From Candidatus Poribacteria bacterium (GTDB lineage Bacteria > Poribacteria > WGA-4E > JAJDTR01), in assembly GCA_965222225.1 (NCBI GenBank), contig CBDCTK010000002.1, forward strand, positions 3,648,001 to 3,712,000: 64,000 bases of DNA. Direction: 5' to 3'. Shown here piece after piece: positions 10,309-20,832 of this stretch. The notes beneath the pieces were generated by a model. It was not told the origin of the DNA. It saw only the letters and a program-made list of their open reading frames with translations, and did not search any database. The position numbers and the translations under genes were made by a program. Positions within the stretch are counted from its first letter, which is position 1. The number at the start of each line of letters is the position of its first letter.

Positions 10309-10428
10309 ATTAAACGAGTGGATAGTGAGTGGGATTTTCTATCTGGATTAGCTATCGCCTTGGGATCTCTATCGCACTCGCTATCCGTTCGTTTGATGCA
10401 TCCGCTCAGTTGATCGGTAGAGATCCCC
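10309..10428. repeat. antiparallel nest of 36-nt elements
   Basis: Plus-strand copy split (10309-10330 and 10415-10428) by minus-strand copies, with an intact copy at 10362-10397. Confidence 0.85.
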
Positions 10429-10572
10429 ATGAGGTGTTTGACCACTAATTCCAAGCTTAAACCTGACCAGAATTAGCCCGATTTTATTTCTTAAATCTTC
10501 TTCATTTCTGTCTAGAGGATGAGGGTAAGTTCAAACAACACGGGAACTTATTTTGGAAAGATGTCTATTTCC

Positions 10573-12171
10573 TCATTCGACTCTATTCGGTTGCTCTGCC
10601 CGGTGTCGATAGACTTGCAGGTTTTCTGTGGAATGAATCAGTTCGTAATCCGTATCCAGACTATCTATTATTTCCCGCACATGCACGCCGGAAGGGCCAC
10701 CACCTCTGTAAAATTTCGATTTGTCCATCTTCCATGCCACTATGTAATCGACCGCTCCTGAATGTTTGATTCTCCAATCCAGAGGAAAGTAATCAAACTG
10801 GGGTTCGTAATTGCTCAGACTGACACAGTTGTTACTCAAGCAGTAATAGCTGCTAGCCTGAACAAACGGGCGCACATGGTGATACGGCTGGTGAGTAAAC
10901 GGCGGCGGGTCCTTGACACCAGGACGGGCGTCTGACCAGAGTCCTAAGACGGTCTTGTTTCTTTCGATCAGCTCAACACCTGATGTATACTCTCTCGTAA
11001 TTTTGTCCAGAGAATAATAGTATCGGCAGCTTATGGAAAGACGGGCAACAGAAAGAATGACTATGATAATGATGATCCCGCGCTTGATGTATTTATGGTA
11101 ATCCTCACTGAGAAACGGCAACAGCACCGGAATAATAAACAGATTCACACGGTAATTGATAAAACCGCCGCTCGCCATCCCCCCGGGCATAATGAAGTAG
11201 AGAACTGTGAAAACGCCGAAAATCAGCAGGAACTGGTTGTCCTGGCTCATAATCCTTCTTTCGCGGATTCTTTTATATAAAGTGACTGCGAATAACAGCC
11301 CCAGCATAATTGCCAAAATGCGCGTGGGGATGAGGTGAGCGTCGGTGAAAAACATCAACGACTTGATGCTGAGAAAATAATCCCACGTTTTCCAGTCGCT
11401 GAAACGCTCCCATCTCAGGTGCAAATGACCGTTATCTGCAACGACGTTTGAGAGAAGATAATTAGCCATGATGAAGTATAGCGGCAGCATACTGACCAGA
11501 AGTGCCATAACCCGTTTTGGTCTGCGATAGAAAGATGTGATAGATAGAAGAGTTAGCGAAAGTATGAGAAGGAGATAAGAGAGGATGTGACTGAAGTAGA
11601 TCAGGATGCACAACAGGTTGAGGATGGCTATCTTATTCAGGCTCAGATCTTCTTTGTGCTTCATGAAATAGCCCAATGCGAAGAAAAACAGTGGCACAGA
11701 AAGGGAAAAACTGTAGAATCCCATGTGCAGCAGGTAGTGATAGCTGAACAGAAACCCCACAAAACCGTATAGATTCTTCCCCTTGTGTACCGCGCCAACA
11801 AAATAGAAAAGTGACAATGGTAACAAGCTGATGATAGCGCTCAGATGGATTTTTTCCGCTATTAAAGGAGGGAAAATCTTCATCAGCAGTGACATGAAGG
11901 CATGTGAGGACCAGTTGGGGAAAAGTCTGAGATTGAGTTTGTGATATTCCCTCAAGAGAGTTGATTCTTCATCATGGAATGCACTCAACACATACGAGTT
12001 ATAGACGTGGGCTGGCCCGTCCTGGGTTGGGAAATACTTAAAAACCCACAGCGGCAAGATATGCAAGACGATGAGCAAAGCGATAACAAGTCTTTTCCTT
12101 CGTACCGAGGGATCTGTCTCCTTCCAACGTCCAAGAAGGGAACGCAGGATTGAGATTGCATATTTCAACAT
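10573..12171 (-). CDS. multi-pass membrane protein, probable GT-C fold glycosyltransferase
   Basis: FPTQDGPAH acidic motif after TM1; about 11 hydrophobic segments. Confidence 0.65.
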   Translation of the reverse strand: MLKYAISILRSLLGRWKETDPSVRRKRLVIALLIVLHILPLWVFKYFPTQDGPAHVYNSYVLSAFHDEESTLLREYHKLNLRLFPNWSSHAFMSLLMKIFPPLIAEKIHLSAIISLLPLSLFYFVGAVHKGKNLYGFVGFLFSYHYLLHMGFYSFSLSVPLFFFALGYFMKHKEDLSLNKIAILNLLCILIYFSHILSYLLLILSLTLLSITSFYRRPKRVMALLVSMLPLYFIMANYLLSNVVADNGHLHLRWERFSDWKTWDYFLSIKSLMFFTDAHLIPTRILAIMLGLLFAVTLYKRIRERRIMSQDNQFLLIFGVFTVLYFIMPGGMASGGFINYRVNLFIIPVLLPFLSEDYHKYIKRGIIIIIVILSVARLSISCRYYYSLDKITREYTSGVELIERNKTVLGLWSDARPGVKDPPPFTHQPYHHVRPFVQASSYYCLSNNCVSLSNYEPQFDYFPLDWRIKHSGAVDYIVAWKMDKSKFYRGGGPSGVHVREIIDSLDTDYELIHSTENLQVYRHRAEQPNRVE

Positions 12172-12206
12172 TTGCTCATGTCCTTAGTTGCTCAAGACAC
12201 CAGATT

Positions 12207-12317
12207 AACCAGAAACGACCTCACGCTGAATTAGGTTATTTGACACCGGTTGAATTTGAGCAACAATACTTGTCTTAACTTTGCTTAGTTGTGGTCTAAA
12301 TTCTCGTTGGCACTTCA
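12207..12317 (+). mobile_element. IS3-family right-end remnant
   Basis: Own translation NQKRPHAELGYLTPVEFEQQYLS* (IS3 OrfB C-terminus), followed by an end terminating in CA. Confidence 0.75.
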
Positions 12318-12480
12318 AACTCAGAATTCGCTCTTTCCTTGACAAGGTTAGACACATATAGGTCTCTATGTCAAATGGCAAGAGCAGAAGGACAAGAAAA
12401 TAATTGACTCTTTACTTGACAGTACCGTCAAGGAAAACTCAGCTTCAGATGGAGTGCAGGCGCTTCTCGAAATGGAGAAT

Positions 12481-14286
12481 TTACTGCATTGCATTCCTAC
12501 TACTTCTGCCGAAGCCCTCGAAATCAATATCCACCGCTGGCAAGAGGTCATACTGTATCTCGTATATCTTCAATCCCCTGTCATAAACCAGTTTGAATCC
12601 GGGCATTTCACCTTCTACCAATGGTTTCGTAGCGGGTCGCAGTACCCAGGACGGTATGGACTCTTCAAAGGGGCCCGGGATAGCATACGGTATGATGTGC
12701 GTAACTTTGTAGAATTTCATCACCATGATGATTCTGTCCAACTCTTCCAGCGGTATCTGTATTACTTTCCCCTCCGAATAGAAACACACGCCCCCCGGCT
12801 CACGGTACATCACAACGGAGCCAGGCACGTTCTCCTTGAGCCACTTCCCTGCTTCCATCCTTTCCTCATTAGCTTCTCCATATGGCCAGCCGCGGCGCTT
12901 ATGGTCGCCATATACCTCGGCCGCGGATAAACACAGCACAGGCATCATCAATGTCACAATCAAACATGAAGCTATTGTATGTGAGTGCTTTGTCTTTGCG
13001 AATATCTGTTTTGCTGCCACGTCGTAGGTTGTCCAGCCTATAGCCATATTTATCACCACAAACGGGAACGCTAGACGCGAGATGGGAGACCAGCAGACTG
13101 CGAGAAATGTCATTAGAAAGAAGTTCAACAACCACAAAATATGAAGGTCTCGATTGTGCCAGGGCACGAGGAACTTGCCTATCTCCCGCTCTTCATATTC
13201 CTTCTCTGTAGATGGGCGGCGCAGCAGCGAACATAGACAGGACAGGAAGAACAACAGCAGCCCCAAGATGGCAAGAATGCCTGCATAATAGGCGAGGAAA
13301 TCCTTCGCTTCGAAGTCCTTCCAGGAACCGCCCCTCATGTCCATATCCACAAAAGCCCACCGGAAATACCGTCCGTAGAATTCCCAGGTCTTTTCACAGA
13401 CTCTCTTGAATCCCGCTTCTCTGAACTTGTCAAACAGGAACGGCATCTCCTTGCCCCAGTGGAGGGAGTATGAACCTTCTTCCCAATCTTTGTAGCCGAT
13501 GTGGCCAGCCGCGTATTGTTGTGTGCTGAAAATAGGGTTGTGAAAATGGATGGTATTTCTGACAAACCACGGTAGCATAACTAAGAATACGATAGCAAAA
13601 CAGATCCACACCTTCCGGCTTCGCAGGATTTTGAAGCCGCCCGAAATAACACAGAATACAAAATAAGCGGGGATGATCCAGAGCCCAGTGCCCTTTGCAT
13701 AATATGCAAGCCCGATGAAGACCCCCGCAGGATAAAAGAACTTCGGCGAGTCCTGCGCCTTTATGATGAAAAAGCAACTTGTCAGGATCATGAAGGAGAA
13801 CAGCAAATCACTGTCAGCCCGCAGCGAAGATGAGAAGATAACCGGGAAAAACATCGCGCTCAATCCTGCGGCGAGCCCCGCTACTCGGCTGCGACTTAAT
13901 CGCTTTGTGAGCAGATAAAGGAAAACCGGCAGGAAGATGGAACCAATCAGTATGGCGGGCAATTTGGCTGCAAAGGCGGTCTTTCCCAGTATCAGGAAGA
14001 ACGGTACGATTAGAAGGGAATACAACGGAGGATAATGGGCTTCCGGATGTGTGATCTCAGGATATTTCAGCCGAGACATGAAATACGAATACTGCATGTG
14101 GTCGTTAGAGAACCCTTTGCCATTAACCAGATTAACCGCCATGCCGATGTACGCCGCTTCATCGGTACCCCCGATATACTCAATAGGGTATACTATACTG
14201 CACTTAAACGATAGCACGGCGATTCCAACGAGGACAATGACAACCAAAAAGGGGTCTATCTTCCATTTGGGTCTTTGTATGCGCAT
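12481..14286 (-). CDS. ArnT/PMT-like GT-C glycosyltransferase
   Basis: TDEAAY, YPPLY, AYYAKGTG and PWFVRN motifs; many TM helices. Confidence 0.8.
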   Translation of the reverse strand: MRIQRPKWKIDPFLVVIVLVGIAVLSFKCSIVYPIEYIGGTDEAAYIGMAVNLVNGKGFSNDHMQYSYFMSRLKYPEITHPEAHYPPLYSLLIVPFFLILGKTAFAAKLPAILIGSIFLPVFLYLLTKRLSRSRVAGLAAGLSAMFFPVIFSSSLRADSDLLFSFMILTSCFFIIKAQDSPKFFYPAGVFIGLAYYAKGTGLWIIPAYFVFCVISGGFKILRSRKVWICFAIVFLVMLPWFVRNTIHFHNPIFSTQQYAAGHIGYKDWEEGSYSLHWGKEMPFLFDKFREAGFKRVCEKTWEFYGRYFRWAFVDMDMRGGSWKDFEAKDFLAYYAGILAILGLLLFFLSCLCSLLRRPSTEKEYEEREIGKFLVPWHNRDLHILWLLNFFLMTFLAVCWSPISRLAFPFVVINMAIGWTTYDVAAKQIFAKTKHSHTIASCLIVTLMMPVLCLSAAEVYGDHKRRGWPYGEANEERMEAGKWLKENVPGSVVMYREPGGVCFYSEGKVIQIPLEELDRIIMVMKFYKVTHIIPYAIPGPFEESIPSWVLRPATKPLVEGEMPGFKLVYDRGLKIYEIQYDLLPAVDIDFEGFGRSSRNAMQ

Positions 14287-14337
14287 CGTGGGTCAGACCT
14301 TCTTTCTTGAAGGATAATATGTTCCGGGTTTAATTCT

Positions 14338-14514
14338 GGTAGCTCTATAGATGTAGTGCTCTTTGAAGATTACAGTGGCAAATGAAATACTTGATGGGGC
14401 CGATATGATTTGCAAGCTTCTTAGAGAACGAGAGAGACTTTCTGGCCAAACGAGATATCCGCTGTCTCAATGTTCGGCTTCTTGTCAACTACATTCCACA
14501 TGTAGTGCACTACC
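14338..14514 (-). mobile_element. internally deleted IS1-family element
   Basis: Minus-strand TLRQRISRLARKSLSFSKKLANHIGPIKYFICHCN (IS1 transposase C-terminus); imperfect IRs GGTAGCTCTATAGATGT / GGTAGTGCACTACATGT. Confidence 0.75.
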
Positions 14515-14616
14515 GCCTTCACTTTGCCCACCAGGTTGTCGCAAGTTTTGAAGCAGGCTCAACGGCAAAGGTGGTGTCGATGTTTCCCGAATCTCGTCCG
14601 CGCTTAGTGCCTTGTC

Positions 14617-14919
14617 AGGGAAAATATACATCAGCAGTGACATGAAGGGATATGAGGACCAGTTCGGGGAAAGTGTGAGATTGAGTTTGTAATATTCCCT
14701 CAAGAGAGTTGATTCTTCATCATGGAATGCACTCAACACATACGAATTGTAAACGTGGGCTCGCCCGTCCTGGGATGGGAAGTATTTGAAGATCCATAGC
14801 GGCAAGATATGCAAGACGATGAGCAATGAGATAAGAATTCTTTTCCTCCGTACTGAGGGATCTGTCTCCTTCCAACGTCCAGGAAGGGAACTCAGACTTG
14901 ATATTGCTGATTTCAACAT
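14617..14919 (-). pseudogene. truncated paralog of the 10573-12171 membrane protein
   Basis: First ~100 aa nearly identical; homology stops next to the IS1 remnant. Confidence 0.88.
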
Positions 14920-15062
14920 TCGCCTATATCCTTAATTGCTCAAATATATGTGTAGCGGCATCAGTTAAGTGCTTGGACAAATCTAATTCAATCTTTAGAC
15001 TTCCGAAGTCTTATACCAATTCCCGATCTATAGACCACTAATTATTCATTGGAGACCCGCGA

Positions 15063-15113
15063 TTTCAACTTTCAACGTTCAACTTTCAACGTTCAACTTC
15101 CAACGTTCAACTT
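15063..15113. repeat. heptamer tandem repeat (TTCAACT/TTCAACG)
   Basis: About 7 units; complementary units GTTGAAA/GTTGAGA/GTTGGAG at ~15605-15650. Confidence 0.9.
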
Positions 15114-15114
15114 C

Positions 15115-15494
15115 TTACTTCTGGCGCCTTGCTCTGTTGTTCTCTGATGTTTTTATACTTGCGAAGAATATCTTTATCAATTCCTCCGTTTCAGACAGCA
15201 GTGGGTCGACTTTCGAGGGCGGTTTAATCATCGGTATGGCTTTGATTAGTCTCTTAGGCAACGAAGTGACTCCCGAAGTTCTTTGAGGCAAATTCTCATC
15301 TTGTGTACAAAGTCATTGATGGATTCGGCCGCTTGAGCTTCACCGTGATTCAAGCATGGAGAAGTCCCGGATCGCAATAACTGACCACCCACATGGTTTG
15401 CGGCACGCGTATTTGGAAGGGATTCGACCCATCGAATGATTCGAGCAGAATAGTCGAGCAGTCGTTGTTCAAGGTCAAATTCTTGTCTCGCCAT
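15115..15494 (-). pseudogene. four helix bundle protein (TIGR02436/23S rRNA-IVP/Avd-like), frameshifted
   Basis: QLLRSGTS...EAQAAES..DFVHKMRICLKELRES; an extra GA at ~15250 shifts the frame; tail LIKAIP...ETEELIKIFFASIKT* is in the other frame. Confidence 0.85.
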
Positions 15495-15770
15495 TTTCTC
15501 TCCTGCATTTGATGGTCGCAAGCACGGCAATCGACAACAAAAAATGCAAAAACGCCCAATTTCAACATCACAGCTGAACACATGGAAAAAGTCCGAACTT
15601 GGCCGTTGAAAGTTGAGAGTTGGAGTATATCAATGCCCCTGAAAGTTGGAGATATTATATCTATTAGTAGCCAAGAGATCAAGAAATGGTATTAGTCAGT
15701 ATCTATTAAGCCAAGTGTAGGCAAGATTCTCAAAATCGGGGGAAATAATCCTTAGTATCACTGCATTCTG

Positions 15771-16645
15771 TCAATTCTTGCCGATGCTCTTCTGCTTAAG
15801 CCAGCCCCATGTTGCTCGGAGCTTGCCACCAGGGGAGACAGGATACCCAGCAGGATCAAACCAGGCACCATTCTCGTCAGCGCCCGGTTCCCGTGTTAAC
15901 TGGATCATATCTCCGGTACCGTTGTCATTCGTAATTCAGACCTCACCCTTGGTGGCGATCAAGATCCTACCGTCATGAGTCCAGTCGGTCGGCCAGCCAC
16001 CCCAGTCCGGCCCAATCTTCGCGCTCAGGTTTCGTTGATTGCGGCCATCGGCATCCATAACCCAGGTTTGCAGTATCCCCTTTCGATCGCTCCAGAAGGC
16101 GATCTTTTTACGGTCAGGAGACCAGACTGGATCCCGGTCATGGGCGAGTTTTCTTGTTAGCCTGGTTTGATTGCGTCCATCGGCATCCATAACGTAGATT
16201 TCACTGTTCGCATCCCGCTCGGAGGCGAAGGCGATACGACCGTCAGGACCCCAGTCTGGCTGCATGTTTCCGATCCCCTCTTTAGTGTCTGTTAGTTGAC
16301 GTCAATTGCGACCATCGACATCTACACGGACGACTTGACGGGCTTCTTCAGGCACAAAGGTCTCGAAGACGATGCTTTTGCCGTCAGGAGACACCGATGG
16401 GCTCAGGTCGCCCACACCCGGACTGTCCGTTACCTGGCGTAGATTGCTACCATCGGCGTCTATAGCCAGAAGTCAGCCAGCCAACCGTCGTGAACCCTAT
16501 CGCTGGAAAAGGCGATAGTTTTACCGTCAGGAAACCATGCTGGATAGCCGTCCATGGCCACATTGTCTGTTAGCCTTCGTTCATTTTTCCCATCGGCATC
16601 CGCAACGTAGATTTCGTAGTCCTTATCTGATACCGCTAAAGACCT
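15771..16645 (-). pseudogene. TolB/PD40-repeat protein pseudogene
   Basis: Similar to 24008-25051; internal TGA stops at ~15936 and ~16302, frameshift at ~16465; ends WFDPAGYPVSPGGKLRATWGWLKQK. Confidence 0.85.
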
Positions 16646-16814
16646 GTGAAGTAGAAGAATTTACCACGACGGCTCGAATCCAATCAGTATTTGGGTTTGA
16701 GCCGTTTTTCTGTGTCTATAATACCAACGTTTGCTGGACGGTCAAAACCTCATAGCGAGCGAGATATGCTGAGACTGTCAAGAATTTTGTGTAAGATTCA
16801 CCCAATTTCCCAGA

Positions 16815-17780
16815 CTACCGCACAAGTCGTTTGAGCCACCCCCACGTCGTGATTTTCTTGCCTGCAGGAGATACCACAAAAAAAGGGTTAAACCAGTCAG
16901 GGTCAGCATCTCTTAAGGGATTGTGTGTTAGCTTTCGAGGATTCCGACCATCAGCACCTATCACGTAGATTTCAAAGTTGTCGTCTCTATGGGACGAGAA
17001 GGCAATGTGTCTACCATCAGGAGACCATGAGGGAGTCCAGTCATGGTCGCGATGGTTTGTTAGCCTTCGAGGATTCTCACCATTGGCGTCCATTACGTAG
17101 ATTTCCCAGTTCTCGTCTCTATAGGACGCGAAGGCAATGCGTCTACCACCAGCAATGCGTCTTTCAGCAGGCGACCATGAGGGATTACGGTCAGACCTAG
17201 GATTGTTTGTGAGGTTTCGGGGATTCTCACCATCGGCATCCATTACGTAGATTTCATCATTTCCATCTCTGTCAGACACGAAGGCAATGCTTTCACCATC
17301 AGGCGACCATGAGGGATTACGGTCAGACTTAGGATTGTTTGTGAGGTTTCGGGGATTCCCACCATCGGCATCCATTACGTAGATTTCCGAGTTCCCATCT
17401 CTCTCGGAATCGAAGACAATGCTTTCACCGTCAGGCGACCATGAGGGACACCCGTCAGGCAAGGGATTGTCTGTAAGCCGTTGCGGATTTTGACCATCGG
17501 CATCCATCACGTAAATTTCAGGGTTCCCAGCTCTCTGGGATGCAAAGACAATGGTTCCGCCACCAGGCGACCATGAGGGAAACCAGTCAGACGCGGGATT
17601 GTTTGTGAGGTTTCGAGGATTCAGACCATCGGCATCCATCACGTAGATTTCAGGGTTACCATCTCTCTCAGACCTGAAGGCAATCTGTGCTTGTACGTCA
17701 ACGCCTGCCATCAGAGTTGTCAGACTCAAGGCTAGAACGCTAGCTAGAACGAAATATGCGAGATTGTATTTCCGTTGCAT
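16815..17780 (-). CDS. secreted TolB-like PD40-repeat beta-propeller protein
   Basis: Signal peptide; repeated PSWSPDG..IAF.S.RDGN.EIYVMDADG. Confidence 0.92.
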   Translation of the reverse strand: MQRKYNLAYFVLASVLALSLTTLMAGVDVQAQIAFRSERDGNPEIYVMDADGLNPRNLTNNPASDWFPSWSPGGGTIVFASQRAGNPEIYVMDADGQNPQRLTDNPLPDGCPSWSPDGESIVFDSERDGNSEIYVMDADGGNPRNLTNNPKSDRNPSWSPDGESIAFVSDRDGNDEIYVMDADGENPRNLTNNPRSDRNPSWSPAERRIAGGRRIAFASYRDENWEIYVMDANGENPRRLTNHRDHDWTPSWSPDGRHIAFSSHRDDNFEIYVIGADGRNPRKLTHNPLRDADPDWFNPFFVVSPAGKKITTWGWLKRLVR

Positions 17781-18094
17781 CTTCTTTTGCTCCCTCCCCT
17801 ATCGGACTGAACTGTCACCGCACCCCGACTGTCATCACCTTGTTTATTGGACGAAACAAGCTGACGTTGGGTCTATTGAAAACAGATACAAGCTCCACAG
17901 GTGGCATGCTTTACAGGTATAGAGTGACTTGGTCTTGAAAGTGAATTGCCAACCGAGTAAGAATCTGATTCAGCCGTCTAGCAAACCGTGGTTTGATAGA
18001 CGGCTGAAGGCGACGCGAAACCTACGCTTTCTGCGTCAATACGCGCTTTCTGATGAGGGCATTTCATTCCTCATCGCTTTCCTCACCTCATCGT

Positions 18095-18219
18095 CCTGAT
18101 GCCGTTGGGTCATCCAGGCAATCATTGGTTCTGTCAGTGCCTGTGCGTTTGTAAATAGCACAGCGACGCTGAACAGTAGCACGCAACTTAGCGTGATATA
18201 CCCAAGTTTCTTTTTCATG
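18095..18219 (-). pseudogene. orphan 5' fragment of a TolB-like paralog
   Basis: MKKKLGYITLSCVLLFSVAVL...MIAWMTQRHQD matches the N-terminus of 24008-25051; upstream AAGCCCTGTAAAATCTA is also shared. Confidence 0.75.
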
Positions 18220-18387
18220 GTAAATCGCCTTTTCAAGTTGTGGAAGCCCTGTAAAATCTACGAACCTTTCAGTTGGCAAAGTAGAACATGCCGCTGGCTT
18301 GTTCAGAATATGCTACCAGCTTGTTTCGTGGCGATACAGTATTTGATTGAATTATCAAACCACTACCTTTGGTAGGCCGGTACTATA

Positions 18388-18505
18388 TACTCAGCGTCGC
18401 ATAAAACTGCGCTTTTTTTACAGCAGTTCGTCTGAAGCGCAACGTGAAAGTAGCAGTGGCAGTAGCAGGACAGCTCAAAAGCGGAATTTATGCCGTTGCC
18501 AAGTA
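18388..18505. mobile_element. MITE with TA target duplication (IS630-like)
   Basis: Imperfect TIRs TACTCAGCGTCGCATAAA / TACTTGGCAACGGCATAAA; an empty-site paralog at 20833-20880 shows a single TA. Confidence 0.8.
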
Positions 18506-18535
18506 TAAGAAGGTTCAAGCGTTAGGGAGGAAAGC

Positions 18536-19945
18536 CTATCGATGCACCTCGAATATGCTGTAGCCGTATGGCGGGAGCGGCAACTCCAGTGTTTTCTCCA
18601 CCTTTTGATGTTTCCCGCTAAAGATATCGACCAACTCCGTCTCCCAATCGAGATAAACCTCTATCATCGCATCTTCGCTCTGGAAGTTGAGCACTACGAG
18701 CAGCATCTCATTATCTGTAGTTGATGCGCGAAGGAATGCGTAGTATCGACCATCGTTGTTCGTAGGCAGCCGGCGTCTGGAACCCGTGGCGCAAAGTGCC
18801 GGATACTTCTGCCTGGCCTTCATAATCTCTTTGAGCTGTGATAGAAACCTCGTGGACCATATAGGTTCAAAGATACGGTCGCTGGCTACGAACAACTCAC
18901 CGACTGTCGCCAGCGACACCACTTCCAACAGCATCTGTGCCGGAGAGAGGTTTCCCGTCGTTTCCCCCATCACCCGCAAAGCCGGCCCTGACATGCCCCC
19001 CATTACCCCAGCCCATGTTACTCCGCCGGCTTTGACAACGCGGTCCCGGTACAGCCGCAGTTTAACCTCAATTCCTGTGGGATTGCCGGTTTCCAAGGCT
19101 AACCTGATGGCCTGCGCCCAACGCCGACCAACCCGCGAATCGCGGATTCCGTAGTCCTGTACGCTGTCATAGTGCCCGTCGGTAATCCACGGGACCGGGT
19201 CGCAGCGTATTCCGGCTCCTTCAGGAAGCACAAACGTATTTGGATATTCGTGGACCACGTCAGTAATCGTGCTGTTGTTCACCTCCCAAGTACAGTTGGT
19301 GTATTCAGGTACGGCGTCAACCATTATGCCGTCGACCCCTCTCTCCATCCAAAAGCGAACAACCCGCCTGCATTCCTCCTGCCACGACTCCTCTCCATAA
19401 TTAAACTGAGGCAAATCCTCATCGCCGGTACGGCCGCGCCATCTGACCCAATGGTACTTCCCTGCTCTCTCGCTGAATTGCCAACTACTTGAGTTTACCT
19501 CGACATCATTTAGGAAAAAAGGCACTTGGCTTCGATCCAGTTCGGCAGACTTGGTGTCGCTCCACACGAACCAGCGAGACTCTGGGCTGTCCACGCCGGC
19601 TTTCACATCGTCACAGGCCCGTATAAAGGGAGGAAACTCCGTGGCGGCGTAACCGAGGTTGAGAAAAGCCATGACGGCAATGTCTCTGTCGTGACACGCC
19701 GTAACGAGTTCATCAAAGTCATCCATGGTTCCAAGGGCGGGATCGACGGCATAGTAGTCGAGGACATCCAGCCCTGAGTACTGGATGCCTCCATGGTACG
19801 GGATGCCCATGCAAATAGCGTTAAAGCCCCACTCTTTGACCTCGTCGACCATTCCGATGATCTTTTTGAGCGTTCGGCCCTTGTGTTTGGGACTGGTAAA
19901 ATGCATTAGTGTAGCGTTTTCCCACCAACGGGGTTTCAAACTCAT
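18536..19945 (-). CDS. GH13 alpha-amylase-family glycosidase
   Basis: DYYAVDPALGTMDDFDEL, FWMERGVDGIMVDAV and C-terminal beta domain. Confidence 0.85.
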   Translation of the reverse strand: MSLKPRWWENATLMHFTSPKHKGRTLKKIIGMVDEVKEWGFNAICMGIPYHGGIQYSGLDVLDYYAVDPALGTMDDFDELVTACHDRDIAVMAFLNLGYAATEFPPFIRACDDVKAGVDSPESRWFVWSDTKSAELDRSQVPFFLNDVEVNSSSWQFSERAGKYHWVRWRGRTGDEDLPQFNYGEESWQEECRRVVRFWMERGVDGIMVDAVPEYTNCTWEVNNSTITDVVHEYPNTFVLPEGAGIRCDPVPWITDGHYDSVQDYGIRDSRVGRRWAQAIRLALETGNPTGIEVKLRLYRDRVVKAGGVTWAGVMGGMSGPALRVMGETTGNLSPAQMLLEVVSLATVGELFVASDRIFEPIWSTRFLSQLKEIMKARQKYPALCATGSRRRLPTNNDGRYYAFLRASTTDNEMLLVVLNFQSEDAMIEVYLDWETELVDIFSGKHQKVEKTLELPLPPYGYSIFEVHR

Positions 19946-20275
19946 ATGTGTACTCCCTCCCTAACGGGCGCCCAAATGGGCTCCGTCCGTGAATTTCCCA
20001 AAACGAATCTTCGTATCACGATTCATAACGTGGTCCTCAGTATACCTTGTTCTCTTCGCCGGTTAAATCAATGTGTGGTTTCTTGCACGGTATATCGCCA
20101 TAGGGCATCAAAGTGATGTACGGTAGCTTAGAAGAGCCGCCGACTCCTTCCCATTTCACCCACGGACTTCTGAGTCCCACTGCTCGCTCTGGGATGAGTC
20201 GGTAGACACTCAGGCTATTTTGCAAAAGATAACGTTCGATGAATTGCCAAGCTTCTTCTTTTGCAAAGTAGCTAA

Positions 20276-20460
20276 TACCATTTCGCTTGAATAATAGTGC
20301 ATATAATGTCAGAATTATACCGTTTACTTTCTCCGTAGGCGGGGCATCTTGCCCCGCCGACTTTGCGCGGAGACAAGGCGTCTTACTCCGCTCCTCGCAA
20401 GTTTCTTTACTTGATACTTGATCCACGTAATCAATGCACTTGCATTTTAGAGAAATGGTA
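20276..20460. mobile_element. MITE with TACCATTTC termini containing a GTAG REP
   Basis: TACCATTTC...GAAATGGTA; internal GTAGGCGGGGCATCTTGCCCCGCC. Confidence 0.65.
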
Positions 20461-20464
20461 TTAG

Positions 20465-20832
20465 CACTTGAGAAAGTCGATCATCACTGAAATCGGTAGG
20501 GCGGAGCGGTGTGCCAAGCAATTCGGAAAGAATATCCTGATGCTCAACCGCCCAATCCTCAACAGCCACTTTTCGGCGATCTCCTTCTGAAAGGACGTAG
20601 GCGATCCAACCGATGACCAATTGCCCAATTGATAGTTCTTGATGCAACCAGTGACGATTTATCGCCTCGTCAATCACATTATCAAGACCTAGATGCTGTT
20701 GTCGCGATATCAATAACGGAATGTCCTCAAGTCATTCGATGACGACTTCTTGATTGCGTTGAAATCGAGTAGTCATACTCTATCTCAACGTCTTACTTCA
20801 ACTTTTCAACTTCGCATTATGCGAACCGTAAG
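20465..20832 (-). mobile_element. IS1634-family transposase 5' remnant (DUF4277-like)
   Basis: DIPLL...LGLDNVID...LSIGQLVIGWIAYVLSEGD...DFSDDRL, with an internal stop. Confidence 0.75.

Larger units (their letters stand above)
15014..15691. mobile_element. non-autonomous TIR element carrying a four-helix-bundle gene
   Basis: TIRs TACCAATTCCCGATCT / TACCATTTCTTGATCT (13/16 match); TTA on both flanks. Confidence 0.65.

Noticed and set aside
16490-16520. CTATCG/GCGATAG matches inside TolB genes as element copies
   Set aside because: They are explained by coding sequence (TIAFSSDR) and lack the rest of the consensus.
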